From: a virus
Taxonomy: Duplodnaviria; Caudoviricetes
Length of the DNA stretch: 50,403 nt
Strand: one strand, 5' to 3'
Virus record (IMG/VR): IMGVR_UViG_3300046786_000301
Span: 1-50,403 of that record
Shown here: in pieces, positions 9,778 through 19,916 of the stretch
How the letters are laid out: each line of letters opens with the position of its first letter
Position numbering within the stretch: the stretch's first letter is position 1
Notes under the pieces: generated by a model
Databases searched by the model: none
The model's input: the letters and a program-made list of their open reading frames with translations, nothing else
Told to the model about the DNA's origin: nothing
Translations under genes and position numbers: made by a program

Positions 9778-10188
9778 TTAAGGTTTAGTTGTGCCTAAAT
9801 TGGTCCAAGTAACAGCACCAGCATCGCTTATAGCAGCTCTCCAGTAGTGCCCATCTGGGCTTTTCATAACTGGCCCCTTGTCTGCGTCATCAGTGATAAT
9901 GTCATCAGTGGTGTCTACACCCTTTGTTATTCTAGAACTTGTGTTAAGACCAGCATACCCAGAGACAGCATCTTTATTTATAATCTGTTCTGCATCTGTA
10001 ATGCCATAACCAGCTAAAGTAGTGGGAGTTCCAGTAATATAACTCCAAGCAAAGCCACTTGCAATGCTATTTACAATAGCTCTAAGCTGCTCATACCAAC
10101 TACTCCAAAATGAGGCATTAGAAAATGCCGTAGCTTGTTGTTGCGCAGTACGAGGAACTGGTGGACTGGGTGGGAGTAATAGAGCCAT
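9778..10188 (-). CDS. small tail-associated protein (136 aa)
   Basis: PTTLAGYGITDA tail-fibre repeat motif; KSPDGHYWR motif. Confidence 0.65.
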   Translation of the reverse strand: MALLLPPSPPVPRTAQQQATAFSNASFWSSWYEQLRAIVNSIASGFAWSYITGTPTTLAGYGITDAEQIINKDAVSGYAGLNTSSRITKGVDTTDDIITDDADKGPVMKSPDGHYWRAAISDAGAVTWTNLGTTKP

Positions 10189-10427
10189 TACCCAATGCGC
10201 CAGTTTATACCATCAGAGTACACAGGTATAACTATACTACCACCACCAGCTACTATAGAATAGAAAGCAGACGATGAGGCATCAGTAACAAGCCTACGCT
10301 GCCCTAAAAAGACAGATGAAGCTGCTGGTAATAGGGCTACAGGTGAGGAATTGTAAACAACGGTATTAACGTCATTAAGCCACTCCTGAGCTATAATAGT
10401 CCCAGAAGTAAAAGTAGTTGAGGCCAT
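10188..10427 (-). CDS. small virion protein (79 aa)
   Basis: I.QEWLNDVN N-terminal motif resembles the tailspike N-terminus (INADWLNGIN); C-terminal PVYSDGINW. Confidence 0.65.
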   Translation of the reverse strand: MASTTFTSGTIIAQEWLNDVNTVVYNSSPVALLPAASSVFLGQRRLVTDASSSAFYSIVAGGGSIVIPVYSDGINWRIG

Positions 10428-11893
10428 TAGGTTCTTCCTTTATTAATAGTAACCTGGAATTTCTGAATACGCATTGGGTAGTTGTCAGTGTATGTGAGTT
10501 TAACAATACGCTGTCTAAAACTACCAAGTCTACAATATGATGGCAAGTCTTGATTCATATTAATTGAATAGTTACCATAGAAACTTTGGAAATCATCGTC
10601 AGATAAGGATATAGTAACATTGCTATTAGCAGGAGGCCTATCCCCTACAATTGAGAGCCTACTCATAGTCTTTCTGTTCATAGTTCCAAAATCAGCAGCC
10701 TCTGACATAATGGTTACAGTGAAGTTTGTTCCATTATCTTGGTATAGGCTATTGTCAAACTTATACAGAGCATTACTACTAGGGATGGAGAACACAGTGA
10801 TGTTACCAGCATTTGACACAATGGTAGAAGCAGTGCTTAGTGGAAAACTAGACGTTTGCTGATAGGCCCATTTACTCCAGAATTTCTCATTAATGTCATA
10901 GACAAAGGTTCTAGCACCACCAGTAACTAGGTAAAAAGTGTGACCTAGATTTACTACGACATAACCAGTAATTGGATAGTCGGAAGCAGCTAAGGATGCA
11001 AAGTATCTACGAGAAGTATCACTGCCTACTTCTTCAATGTTGAAGTCCTGTAGCTTGAAAACATCTACAGCATTATTGACATTGTACCCAATGTAGTAGA
11101 TGGCATTACCAGCTTTAGCTAGTCCGCCAATATACCCGTTTATTTTAACAGGAGTATCATTACGCTTGAATGGGCTTCCAGTAGCTACACCTGCATCCCA
11201 GAAATACTCAATAGTGGAGCTTCCAAATACTACAAGGTAATTATTTAGTTTCTCTACATCTAGTATAAGGTCCCCCTCCATCTCGGCGTCAATAACATTA
11301 CCTGCTGTCCACAGCATAGGATCATTCAAATCGCTATTGTAGATGGAGGCTGTTGTGGATTTAACCAGTACTAAATAACCGTCAATAAAGACAGGCTTAG
11401 GAATGTGCGGTACTGGTAGGTCCGCAGCAACGCAGGCTGTAACCACTCCTGCTGTATCAATCTTTACTAGCGTAGTACCGTCTGTGCCAATAAGCACAAC
11501 TACTTCATCATCATAAAGGAAGGTAGTAAAACCAACCTTAGATGTTCCTGTAGTAAATACAGCAGCACAAGATATAGTTGCACCAGAAGTAATGTTATAT
11601 AGGTAAACATTAGTATCAATTGCGTATGCAAAAAAGCCAGCATCTTTCCAGTAATATGACCCCCTAATCGTTCCTGAAATAGGGGGAGTTATGTATGTTC
11701 CAGAGCCAGCTCTCTTATAAGCAAAAGTTCTTAAGTCACCAATGCGCTTGTCTTTAATAACCTCAATAAAGCCATTGACAAAGATTTCATCTTTTAATCC
11801 TAGCGGGTCATTCTGTCTAGAAGTAACCTCTCGAGTAATGGAGATTTCATCCTGACTATATGTATCCCCTGTTGGGGTTTTAGAATAAGCCAA
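10427..11893 (-). CDS. P22 gp10-like packaged-DNA stabilisation / tail hub protein
   Basis: 488 aa beta-rich; FIDGY, FGSSTIEYFWDAG...PF, SDD...G..RLGSFRQR motifs; TTG start. Confidence 0.8.
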   Translation of the reverse strand: MAYSKTPTGDTYSQDEISITREVTSRQNDPLGLKDEIFVNGFIEVIKDKRIGDLRTFAYKRAGSGTYITPPISGTIRGSYYWKDAGFFAYAIDTNVYLYNITSGATISCAAVFTTGTSKVGFTTFLYDDEVVVLIGTDGTTLVKIDTAGVVTACVAADLPVPHIPKPVFIDGYLVLVKSTTASIYNSDLNDPMLWTAGNVIDAEMEGDLILDVEKLNNYLVVFGSSTIEYFWDAGVATGSPFKRNDTPVKINGYIGGLAKAGNAIYYIGYNVNNAVDVFKLQDFNIEEVGSDTSRRYFASLAASDYPITGYVVVNLGHTFYLVTGGARTFVYDINEKFWSKWAYQQTSSFPLSTASTIVSNAGNITVFSIPSSNALYKFDNSLYQDNGTNFTVTIMSEAADFGTMNRKTMSRLSIVGDRPPANSNVTISLSDDDFQSFYGNYSINMNQDLPSYCRLGSFRQRIVKLTYTDNYPMRIQKFQVTINKGRT

Positions 11894-12601
11894 TTATTCT
11901 CTCCTTGGGCTAAAGAATAGGCTGCCATCCTCTACCCCAAACTCTTCAATTTCCTTAAGATAGATTTCAGCTTCTTGGATAAGCAGGCGCCTATCTTCTA
12001 GTGGAATACCCCACTCAGGAGCTAAGAGTACTGCAAGTTTATAAACAATAGGCAGGTAGTATTGCTCAGGAAAATCCATTGTATCTGTAGAAGCTATAAA
12101 GTACTCAAATGGTCGTTGATAGATCATTGCTACTCTATAATTAGCAGCCACATTACTATCTGGAGTAGGCCAAATACTTATTTCACCATAGTTGTTAAAT
12201 GGCTGGTAGGAAAGTTTAACAGGTTGTGAAGATGAACTATTCCTTGGAAGGACATTATACTCGCTTTTAGATATAATGTCAATAGGAATTCTAGTGTTAT
12301 TCCCAGAAATGTTTTCTACATAGGCATCTAGCATCTTAAGTGGGTATGGTGTGTTCACAGTTTGTCCAGCACCAATAAGATAAGAAGCTGTAGTTGTTAG
12401 GGTAAGAATATATTCTTTACGAGCCCATAGTGGAATACCCTTAGCTCTTAGTTGAGCCACCAGCATGTTTAAGTTCATCGCTGCTTTGGTAGTATCTTCA
12501 ACAGTAGGAGACTGTCCAGCAGCGAGGACACCAAGCTTACCAATGGCAGCAGTTAGGAGCTGGTCACGAGTAAGCTGATAAGTAGTAGTTCCAGAAGTCA
12601 T
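11894..12601 (-). CDS. head-tail adaptor (P22 gp4 / T7 gp11-like)
   Basis: LGVLAAGQSP, LN.LV..L...G..LW, IWPTPD, DFP..Y....Y.LA..LAPEWG motifs. Confidence 0.8.
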   Translation of the reverse strand: MTSGTTTYQLTRDQLLTAAIGKLGVLAAGQSPTVEDTTKAAMNLNMLVAQLRAKGIPLWARKEYILTLTTTASYLIGAGQTVNTPYPLKMLDAYVENISGNNTRIPIDIISKSEYNVLPRNSSSSQPVKLSYQPFNNYGEISIWPTPDSNVAANYRVAMIYQRPFEYFIASTDTMDFPEQYYLPIVYKLAVLLAPEWGIPLEDRRLLIQEAEIYLKEIEEFGVEDGSLFFSPRRE

Positions 12602-12845
12602 AAATATTCCTTAGGAATGCTATTTTGATCCATTGTGATTTTCATGTTTATATTCACGGCCCGACGTATACATCGTATTCTAAGAAGTTCTGCGCAATGC
12701 GCCGGTTGTCAAACTGCTGGAACTGCGGTGCCAAAAGCTCAAAGTTGGCTGTGACTCAGAAGAGCCAACGACACCTGTGGCCTAGAAGGTGCTACCATTA
12801 CTTTAAGCGTTGCCATGATCACCTCCACACAGTTTTAAGTGATGG

Positions 12846-15800
12846 TTAATAAGTAGTTACTATGCCGCCAACAACGTATCCCTTTTTTGGTGTTGCTGCG
12901 TAATCAATTACGCCGTTTGATATTCCGAACTTTCCATCGCTTGAAGCACCGGCCAGGTATGCTGTGTGCGCTTTCTTTGTTGTCACCACACCGCCTGAGT
13001 AACCGTTCCTGATTTCACGGTATACCCAGCCAAACACGTCATCATCTCCGGTCGCAAGCGCGATAGTGTTCGCCCCAGTGCGCTTGACAAAGCGGCCTCT
13101 CGGGATGCTTGCACCAGTGCTATTCAGCATGCGACGTGTAAATCCAGTGTCAGGGTAAATCTCATACTGGATATTCACCTCTTCCACCGGGTTTGACGTG
13201 ATAATTGAGTTGATTGACGCCATGATCGTGGCGTTGCTCTGTGCCGTGTAATTCTGGTTGGCAGTCCATGTTTGGCCTCCAATTATCAATGTCTTGTTGG
13301 CTGACGTGCAATCCCCCAGGCGTGCGCCCAAAGACTTTGCAGTCCCGGTTTTGATCCACAGTTCGCCGCGCCCTAGTTCGTCGACGGCACCAAAAATGAT
13401 CGCTGCCGCCGTCCCTGACACATCCGCACCAGCCGTGGTGCCAAGCACCAACATACCGTCGGGGTCTGTTTGCAGTATCGGGCCGGCATGCACCCCGCCA
13501 ATTTCCCAGCCGTATCGATCAGCCGCTTTTTCTGTGACAACTTCACCCCCCGATGCTACAGTTTGATAGACAACGCCGAATTCGCAGCCGTGTAGCACCA
13601 GGCGGCTTTTGGTTGTCGGGTCAAGTGATTGCAAATATACCCCGTATGGTGTCGAGTCTGGCGAGCGGCATCCGCGCATTTCGACCAGTGCGGGTTTGTA
13701 GCTCGCTGAGATAGACGGGTATGAAATAGTTGGGCCAGTATTGTGGAAACCAAACGCAGCCGCTGTTGTACCGACGTTCATGTGCTCGGCAATAACGTCT
13801 TCAAAACGGATTGTTTCTCCGCTTGATATGCCACAACCAAAAATCCATGTGTTTTGATTCTGCCCGGCGATCAACTTCATGCGCTTAAATGACTGGCGAA
13901 GGCGACGGTTCTGTGCCTTGCTGCCTGGCGTAGTGCGGTTTGAGTCGTCCGAATGAATGCTGTATTCGCCATTCCAACTTACACCATCTCCGGTGTCGCT
14001 GATGATAGTGCAGTCTCTGAATTTTGTGTCAGTGTGTGCTTCAAGAATCGCGTGGTGGGTGTCGTTTTCTTTCAGGATAAATGTTCTATCAACTCCGTTA
14101 CCTCGACTCTCCACAAACTCTGGAATTTCCAGGTATGTTGCGTTGTATGTGCCGTCATCTACCAGGTCAATCAATATGCGGTGGTGATAGTGCGATCGGT
14201 TGCAACCAAATAGCGATGCGGCTGTATCAATGTAGAGGCTTTCAACAGCCGAACGCAGCGTTGTAAAAGTTTGTCCCGCACCCACTCTGATTACCTCGTG
14301 CCAATAGTCGCTTTCGAGATAATCAGAAATCTGCTCATCAGACAGTGTGCGGCGGCTGCTGATACCGGCCTGTGCCATCGTCGTGTAGGCGTTTGCCTGC
14401 CAGGCTGTAAAAGACGACAGGTCTAGCGTTGCGACTGCGTAGATACCAGATTTTGTCGCGATAGCCGAATCTGTTAGTTTGACTTGCTTTGGTATAGACG
14501 CAGTAAACGATGCAAGCGACGGAAGGCTGCTGACTTGATATGCGTAGCGACAAACGATGTTGCCCGTGGTGAGGTCGGAAATAGTGAAGAGTATTCTGGT
14601 TAGAGTAATACCAGGAAACTGCTCAATGTTGAATCCCGTGACCGCGTAATCGTGCGATGGATCACAGCCGTACACCCACAGCTCCTTAACAATCGCGCGC
14701 AGCGCATCGTTGTCCATAGCATCGTCGAACGGTAGACGCAAGCCTGCCGTTAGTACCGAATTGGCGGTGATCATCGCAGCGATCTTTCTGTCGGTGTAGT
14801 CATCGGATGCCGCAGATGATTGCGTAGCGTCGGCGCGCAGTTGCGTTGCAGCAGACGCCGGATAGATCCCCCATGTGTCCGCCGCCGTGAAATCGACAAC
14901 GGCGGTCCCGGTGATGCCAGAGCTTGCAATTTGCGCCAGGGAGAACTCGCGCAGGCCCGCGTAGTTGACGCCCGTTGATGAAAACGAGCAAACGTCAACC
15001 GGGTTTGTCCCGGCTGCATCGTCCACTTGCTGCACCGTGATGTTGAACCGGGTGCCGACGTCGTTTCGGAAGAAGTTTTTTAGCTGGTAGAGCTTTGATG
15101 TGTTGGCGCCAAATAGCTGCAGGCGCTTGATGACGCGCAAAGCAACATGTGCACCTGGCACAAAGTCGCTGGCGGACTCCAGGTTTGATGCACGGGTTTC
15201 GAGCGCTGCGATGCTGGGTGATGCAGCCACCACGGCGCCGATGTAGCCAGCCGCAGCAGGCGACGACACGATTGCACGAGGGTGCAGCGTGGTGTCTGTA
15301 GCGCCAGCATAAATGCCCCATGTGGCGTCTCCGGCATCAAAGTCGAGCACCAGATTGCCGGTGATGCCAGAGCTTGACACTTGCGCCAAAGCAAACTCTT
15401 GCTGGCCGGTGTAGTTGACGCCAGACGATGCAAATGAGCACACATCCACCGGGTTGTCACCCGCTGCATTGTCAACCTGCTGGATGGTTACGCTGAACCG
15501 TGTTCCAAAGTCGTTGCGTAGAAAATAACGTACACGGTAAATCTTGGATGGGTCGGCGCCAAACAGCTCCAGGCGGCGGATGGGGCGCAGCAGTGGATCG
15601 AAGCCCGCCATGAACACGCTACTTCCCTCAAGGTCTTCGACACGCTGCCCAATGGCTGATGATGGGTAGCGCGTGATCTCCGTGGCCACCGGGCCTGTGT
15701 CAACACGGTACAAAATTAGTGAATCTGTGCTACCAGTCACCGGTACGCTGAAATAGGTGCCGACAGGACAGCGTGGTGCAAGCACGGCTGTGGCGGTGGC

Positions 15801-16457
15801 ACCTGTCAATCCCATGCTTGCCGCAAACGATAGCGTTGGGGCCGTGGTGTAGCCTGTGCCAGGGTTGGTGATGGCGATGGACTCTAGGGCACCCGCAATA
15901 ACAAGAAAGGTACCAGCGGCTCCAGTGCCTCCGCCGCCAGAAAACGTCAGCGCGAAGGTGCCATTGGTGCCCCCGCTACCGCCCGCAGTCACTATTGCTA
16001 GTGCCACACCGTTTGACAGTGCATCGGAGGTGCTGGCATATAGCCCGGAGTTGACCTGGGCGGCATTGGCGCTGACCTGGGCATAGGCTGCACTGGCCTC
16101 TGCGGAATCGGCGGCGGCCTCGGCCCTGATGGCCTGGTCTATTGCTTCCCCCATTGAGTCCCTGAACTCCTCATAGTTTTTTAGCATTCCTCCAACAGTG
16201 TTTGATTGATATGTATGAACTTTGTTGTATCCGACGAGACTGGCACCTGTTGTCTCGGCAAGATCAGCTAAACGAGTTACGTTGTCCTTCAGCCACTTGC
16301 CGATGGTGCCAGCGGTATATCCGACTGAGTATAGAAAACTTAGATTACCACCAGTACCTCCAGTAGTATCCTGAAGGTCATTAATGCCATTAAGCCAGTC
16401 CGCATTAATCGGGGTCTGTCTGTCTATATAGTTTCTGTTGACTAATGGGTTTGTCAT
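12846..16457 (-). CDS. tailspike / receptor-binding protein, probable depolymerase (1203 aa)
   Basis: N-terminal virion anchor, ITNPGTGYTTAP repeat, duplicated ~120-aa domain, pectinesterase-like beta-helix start (VGAGQTFTTLRSAV); body visibly GC-richer than its flanks. Confidence 0.8.
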   Translation of the reverse strand: MTNPLVNRNYIDRQTPINADWLNGINDLQDTTGGTGGNLSFLYSVGYTAGTIGKWLKDNVTRLADLAETTGASLVGYNKVHTYQSNTVGGMLKNYEEFRDSMGEAIDQAIRAEAAADSAEASAAYAQVSANAAQVNSGLYASTSDALSNGVALAIVTAGGSGGTNGTFALTFSGGGGTGAAGTFLVIAGALESIAITNPGTGYTTAPTLSFAASMGLTGATATAVLAPRCPVGTYFSVPVTGSTDSLILYRVDTGPVATEITRYPSSAIGQRVEDLEGSSVFMAGFDPLLRPIRRLELFGADPSKIYRVRYFLRNDFGTRFSVTIQQVDNAAGDNPVDVCSFASSGVNYTGQQEFALAQVSSSGITGNLVLDFDAGDATWGIYAGATDTTLHPRAIVSSPAAAGYIGAVVAASPSIAALETRASNLESASDFVPGAHVALRVIKRLQLFGANTSKLYQLKNFFRNDVGTRFNITVQQVDDAAGTNPVDVCSFSSTGVNYAGLREFSLAQIASSGITGTAVVDFTAADTWGIYPASAATQLRADATQSSAASDDYTDRKIAAMITANSVLTAGLRLPFDDAMDNDALRAIVKELWVYGCDPSHDYAVTGFNIEQFPGITLTRILFTISDLTTGNIVCRYAYQVSSLPSLASFTASIPKQVKLTDSAIATKSGIYAVATLDLSSFTAWQANAYTTMAQAGISSRRTLSDEQISDYLESDYWHEVIRVGAGQTFTTLRSAVESLYIDTAASLFGCNRSHYHHRILIDLVDDGTYNATYLEIPEFVESRGNGVDRTFILKENDTHHAILEAHTDTKFRDCTIISDTGDGVSWNGEYSIHSDDSNRTTPGSKAQNRRLRQSFKRMKLIAGQNQNTWIFGCGISSGETIRFEDVIAEHMNVGTTAAAFGFHNTGPTISYPSISASYKPALVEMRGCRSPDSTPYGVYLQSLDPTTKSRLVLHGCEFGVVYQTVASGGEVVTEKAADRYGWEIGGVHAGPILQTDPDGMLVLGTTAGADVSGTAAAIIFGAVDELGRGELWIKTGTAKSLGARLGDCTSANKTLIIGGQTWTANQNYTAQSNATIMASINSIITSNPVEEVNIQYEIYPDTGFTRRMLNSTGASIPRGRFVKRTGANTIALATGDDDVFGWVYREIRNGYSGGVVTTKKAHTAYLAGASSDGKFGISNGVIDYAATPKKGYVVGGIVTTY

Positions 16458-16825
16458 TATTCCATTCCTGTAATTGCAATGCCAGCAATGGCATAGTTAG
16501 CTATTGAAGACCATCTAAACTGGTAAATGTCTGGCTCTATAGTTAGCCCGACAATGGCACAACCTGCCGTTCCAAAATCTGCTCTAGGTAGTACACTATA
16601 GGCATCACATGATGGTGCAAAACTATCAACACCATCCTTACGAATGATATCTGGAACAGCATGTTCACCTCTAATCTTAATAAGAGTCTGTGGATGCCTA
16701 GTCTCAAAATCTTTGGAACAAACTGCAAGGCCATCCCAACGAGTCTGAATATCTTCCCTTGGAAACCAGAAGCCGCATACATCACAGCTTATTTTGTTAT
16801 TGCCAGGCCATGTGGTTTTACGCAT
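16457..16825 (-). CDS. Zn-finger virion-associated protein (122 aa)
   Basis: CDVCGF...RWDGLAVC..DFE.RHPQ motif common in podovirus tail regions. Confidence 0.7.
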   Translation of the reverse strand: MRKTTWPGNNKISCDVCGFWFPREDIQTRWDGLAVCSKDFETRHPQTLIKIRGEHAVPDIIRKDGVDSFAPSCDAYSVLPRADFGTAGCAIVGLTIEPDIYQFRWSSIANYAIAGIAITGME

Positions 16826-16827
16826 AA

Positions 16828-17064
16828 TTAGCCTTGCTTATATTTAATCTCTTTAATGTCAGATTTAATTTCTTCAAACATTCCACGAAGGTCATGTTTA
16901 AACTCTTTAAAATCTCCTTTGTGTAGATAATCGCGCCGGATGTCAGCAATTTGAACTTCACTCTGTTTAATCTTTTCATCATAACCATCTATTGTACGCT
17001 TTAAAAAGTATGACATAATTGCTAATACCCCAGATACAACCCATTGTAGGTCTTGTATAGACAT
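16828..17064 (-). CDS. small membrane-anchored coiled-coil protein (78 aa; possible holin/lysis accessory)
   Basis: One N-terminal hydrophobic helix followed by a charged coiled coil. Confidence 0.6.
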   Translation of the reverse strand: MSIQDLQWVVSGVLAIMSYFLKRTIDGYDEKIKQSEVQIADIRRDYLHKGDFKEFKHDLRGMFEEIKSDIKEIKYKQG

Positions 17065-17363
17065 TAGGCACCGTAATATACAAGCCCTTGTGGGGTTCCT
17101 GTACCAGTGACAGAAACTACCAACCCCAAATCTGCCCTAATTGGTGTAACAAAAGCTACACTATTAGCCCCAGTAGTAAGAGTTGCTGTTAATTTTGCCA
17201 AAACAGTTCCAGATGCGGTACCAGAGTCATTGTCATATACTGTAATAGTGGCCGGGTTATTGTTATCACTAACAGCTACAATACCACTAAGAATACTCTT
17301 ACCTACACTAATTTGCTGAGCAGCAGTAGCATTAATAAGCCCACTAGAAATACTTAAACCCAT
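17064..17363 (-). CDS. structural protein (99 aa)
   Basis: AGGAG SD; beta-rich, ITVYDN motif; late operon. Confidence 0.7.
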   Translation of the reverse strand: MGLSISSGLINATAAQQISVGKSILSGIVAVSDNNNPATITVYDNDSGTASGTVLAKLTATLTTGANSVAFVTPIRADLGLVVSVTGTGTPQGLVYYGA

Positions 17364-17378
17364 TGGTTTCTCCTTAGA

Positions 17379-17400
17379 AGAGGCGGGTTTCCCCGCCTCT
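17379..17400 (-). terminator. GC-rich stem-loop (attenuator/processing site)
   Basis: AGAGGCGGG-GAAA-CCCGCCTCT perfect 9-bp stem on the minus strand with only a weak U tract. Confidence 0.55.
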
Positions 17401-17402
17401 GT

Positions 17403-17855
17403 TTAACGAACGTAGTATACCATTAAATACATTTCACCAGCAGTGGGACTACCGGTAGTTGCAGTGCCCTTTACCCAGATAGGTTTGTCTGCACCAAGTG
17501 GAACATTATAGTGTTCTACTCCGCCAAGTTTTGATAGCATACTATTAGTTCCAGCAGCACCAAATGCACTAGCAGCAGAAACGTACCCTGCACCACCTGA
17601 AGTAGCACCAATGTCTACTGTAGCAGCACTTATACTATTACCGGTAAGAGCTGTTTCTACTAGAAGTTGCATATTCAAGATGGAAGCATCGGCAGGGAGA
17701 ACAGCTACTAATGTATTTGTACCTCCAGTAGTAAAGTTTGCTGAAGTAAGCTTAACTGCTTTTACCACAACATCCTTAATATTGCTTGTTGCTGACGGGC
17801 CACCTGGATTGGGATCACTGACAGCGACCTGCCCCTGTACAAAAATGACAGCCAT
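17403..17855 (-). CDS. structural protein, putative capsid decoration (150 aa)
   Basis: Immediately after the capsid gene; VAVLPADASI ... AGEMYLMVYY beta-rich. Confidence 0.65.
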   Translation of the reverse strand: MAVIFVQGQVAVSDPNPGGPSATSNIKDVVVKAVKLTSANFTTGGTNTLVAVLPADASILNMQLLVETALTGNSISAATVDIGATSGGAGYVSAASAFGAAGTNSMLSKLGGVEHYNVPLGADKPIWVKGTATTGSPTAGEMYLMVYYVR

Positions 17856-17867
17856 TGTTGTCCTTTC

Positions 17868-17895
17868 AAAAATAGGAGGAGACTAAACTCCTCCT
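17868..17895 (-). terminator. intrinsic terminator after the major capsid gene
   Basis: AGGAGGAG-TTTAGT-CTCCTCCT followed by ATTTTT on the minus strand. Confidence 0.75.
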
Positions 17896-17902
17896 GTGTT
17901 AT

Positions 17903-18832
17903 TTAAGCTCCAGGACTTCCGTATACGGCACGGCGATCAGTCCAGCCGAAGCTGTAGCGAGCAGTAGCCTTATACTTGGCATTCTCAGTGTCGAAGTCTT
18001 CGTCCATATTGAACTCGTCACCACGACGCTCAAAATACTTCAAACCATTCTTTACATCAGTACGGATAAACCATGCGTCAGCGTCAGTCAGATAATGGTT
18101 AACCACTACCTGTGGAATTAGTCCCATAGTCTTGAGAGCATTCAGATCGTTGTTGTCAGTACCAACCCGGCCTTCAGTATACAGGATACGCTTGGCTTCA
18201 AACTTGAGTTCTTTAGGAATAATCAGTGTTTGAGGGCGCACAGCAATACGCAGACCACGGTCATTGGTAAAACTAGCAATGTCAATACAAGCCTGCTCCA
18301 GAGCAGCTTCTGACAAGTCAGCAGCTACAGACACACCATTGGTGTAAGTACCACCAGCAATGTTAGGAGCAGAGCTAGAACCACCACCACCTGCGGATGC
18401 AATGAGGGTTGCACCATCACCACCAACATAGGAAGTGTTGAATGCACGGTTGTATACGTTAGCACCAACAATTTCCTTAGTCTGACGCATTGAGAAAGCA
18501 AGACTTGTGGCCTTCTGCTTGCCAACTACATCATACTGGTCATCTTCATACACTTCACGAGTGATAATGAAGCCTAGTGCATATACAACGTGGTTGTAAC
18601 GGCTAGTAAAACCTTGACGACTAGTGTCATAGGAAATCGGAGCGCCCTCGTTCTTGACGTTGGCTAGACCAAAGTATGAAGCTCCCACATCTTCCTCAAA
18701 AGCACGACGAGATGTATTCTTATCGAATAGCTTGTCCCACTCTACAGGATATTGATTGTAAGCGTCGCCATACCACACATTGACGCCAGGCCATAGAGCC
18801 TTGGCAAAACTTGAAGTAGAAATAACACCCAT
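17903..18832 (-). CDS. major capsid protein (309 aa, HK97-fold, Mu gpT-like)
   Basis: LWPGV, S.RAFEED, KNEGAPISYD, YALGFIIT.E, LIIP.EL, YLTD.DAWF, RYSFGWTD.R..YGS.GA motifs; followed by a terminator. Confidence 0.88.
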   Translation of the reverse strand: MGVISTSSFAKALWPGVNVWYGDAYNQYPVEWDKLFDKNTSRRAFEEDVGASYFGLANVKNEGAPISYDTSRQGFTSRYNHVVYALGFIITREVYEDDQYDVVGKQKATSLAFSMRQTKEIVGANVYNRAFNTSYVGGDGATLIASAGGGGSSSAPNIAGGTYTNGVSVAADLSEAALEQACIDIASFTNDRGLRIAVRPQTLIIPKELKFEAKRILYTEGRVGTDNNDLNALKTMGLIPQVVVNHYLTDADAWFIRTDVKNGLKYFERRGDEFNMDEDFDTENAKYKATARYSFGWTDRRAVYGSPGA

Positions 18833-18844
18833 GTTATCCTCCTA

Positions 18845-19483
18845 TTATACGCCAACAATGGCGTTACCTTGCGCACTGGTAGTCAGTTGCACAAGGAGTT
18901 TATTATTAGCTGCGGGAGCCTCATTGTCCACACGCTTAACATAGCCTACTACGTGAATTGGACGGCTAGCAGAAGCAGATGGGGCAGTTGCATTTACATA
19001 CATACCAGAAGTACCAGTAACAGCACCATTACCAGTAACGGCAAGGCATCCAACATCGGCATTTAGACCAATATCAGCAAGAGCATATGATGCTGTTGAC
19101 TGTACCTCAAAGATGAGATCGGCAGCATCTGCCACAAGTACATAAGACTTGACACCAGCAGCAGCGTACTGTGGAGTATCCAATACAATAGAGCCAGAGG
19201 TCATAGAACCATCTAGTGGATCTAGTTTGGTGTTAACAATACCAACAACAGCACCCAGCACCACACCTGCAACCACATCGTTTGCGGTAGTTGCAGCAGA
19301 TAGTGATTTGACAGTTACTAGGCCAGATGTTGATGCATTAGTAGAGCGGACAACTAAGTCACCAACAAAGATAGGTACAGTTTCACTTACAGAAACCTCA
19401 TAAATATTGGCTTGACCATTATATGGCGCGCCAGTGATGTGCTTTACGGGGCGGAACCCATTTACACGAGAAACGTTAGCCAT
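18845..19483 (-). CDS. capsid cement/decoration protein (212 aa)
   Basis: MAN.....GFRPV, IFVGDLV motifs; directly upstream of the capsid gene. Confidence 0.7.
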   Translation of the reverse strand: MANVSRVNGFRPVKHITGAPYNGQANIYEVSVSETVPIFVGDLVVRSTNASTSGLVTVKSLSAATTANDVVAGVVLGAVVGIVNTKLDPLDGSMTSGSIVLDTPQYAAAGVKSYVLVADAADLIFEVQSTASYALADIGLNADVGCLAVTGNGAVTGTSGMYVNATAPSASASRPIHVVGYVKRVDNEAPAANNKLLVQLTTSAQGNAIVGV

Positions 19484-19502
19484 TGGCTATTCCTTTCGTT
19501 AT

Positions 19503-19904
19503 TTACTTCTTAAAGGAGAAGTCTCCATAATCAGAAGCTTTTTGAGCATCACCTTGCATAGTCTGCTCAACAGCATCAATTTGACGTTGCTTAGCAGTTT
19601 GATCTTCTTTATAGTAATCTTCACGTTGTCGCATAACGACAGCACGAATACCCTTACCAACAGAAATAGAAGAAGCAGAGCCTAGTGATGATGGACTGTC
19701 AACTCGTTTATCTCCAATGGTGCCAGCTTTGTCCGCAGGTACAATCTCATACCCAGCTTCCATCAGCCGTTCAACACGGTCTTCAACATCATTGACAATT
19801 CGATATTCGTATCCTTCTTCCTTGTTCTTTACGGACAGCCGATTACGGGCTGACAAGGGGACACGGGTTGGACGCGCACTTGCGGCTTGTGGAGTTCTAC
19901 TCAT
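19503..19904 (-). CDS. head morphogenesis hypothetical protein (133 aa)
   Basis: GYEYRIVND...GYEIV motif; AGGAG SD; between scaffold and capsid genes. Confidence 0.7.
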   Translation of the reverse strand: MSRTPQAASARPTRVPLSARNRLSVKNKEEGYEYRIVNDVEDRVERLMEAGYEIVPADKAGTIGDKRVDSPSSLGSASSISVGKGIRAVVMRQREDYYKEDQTAKQRQIDAVEQTMQGDAQKASDYGDFSFKK

Positions 19905-19916
19905 ACCTATCTCCTA

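Noticed and set aside
13162-16086. Many short overlapping ORFs within the tailspike
   Set aside because: Shadow ORFs expected in GC-rich coding DNA; no SD or motif support.
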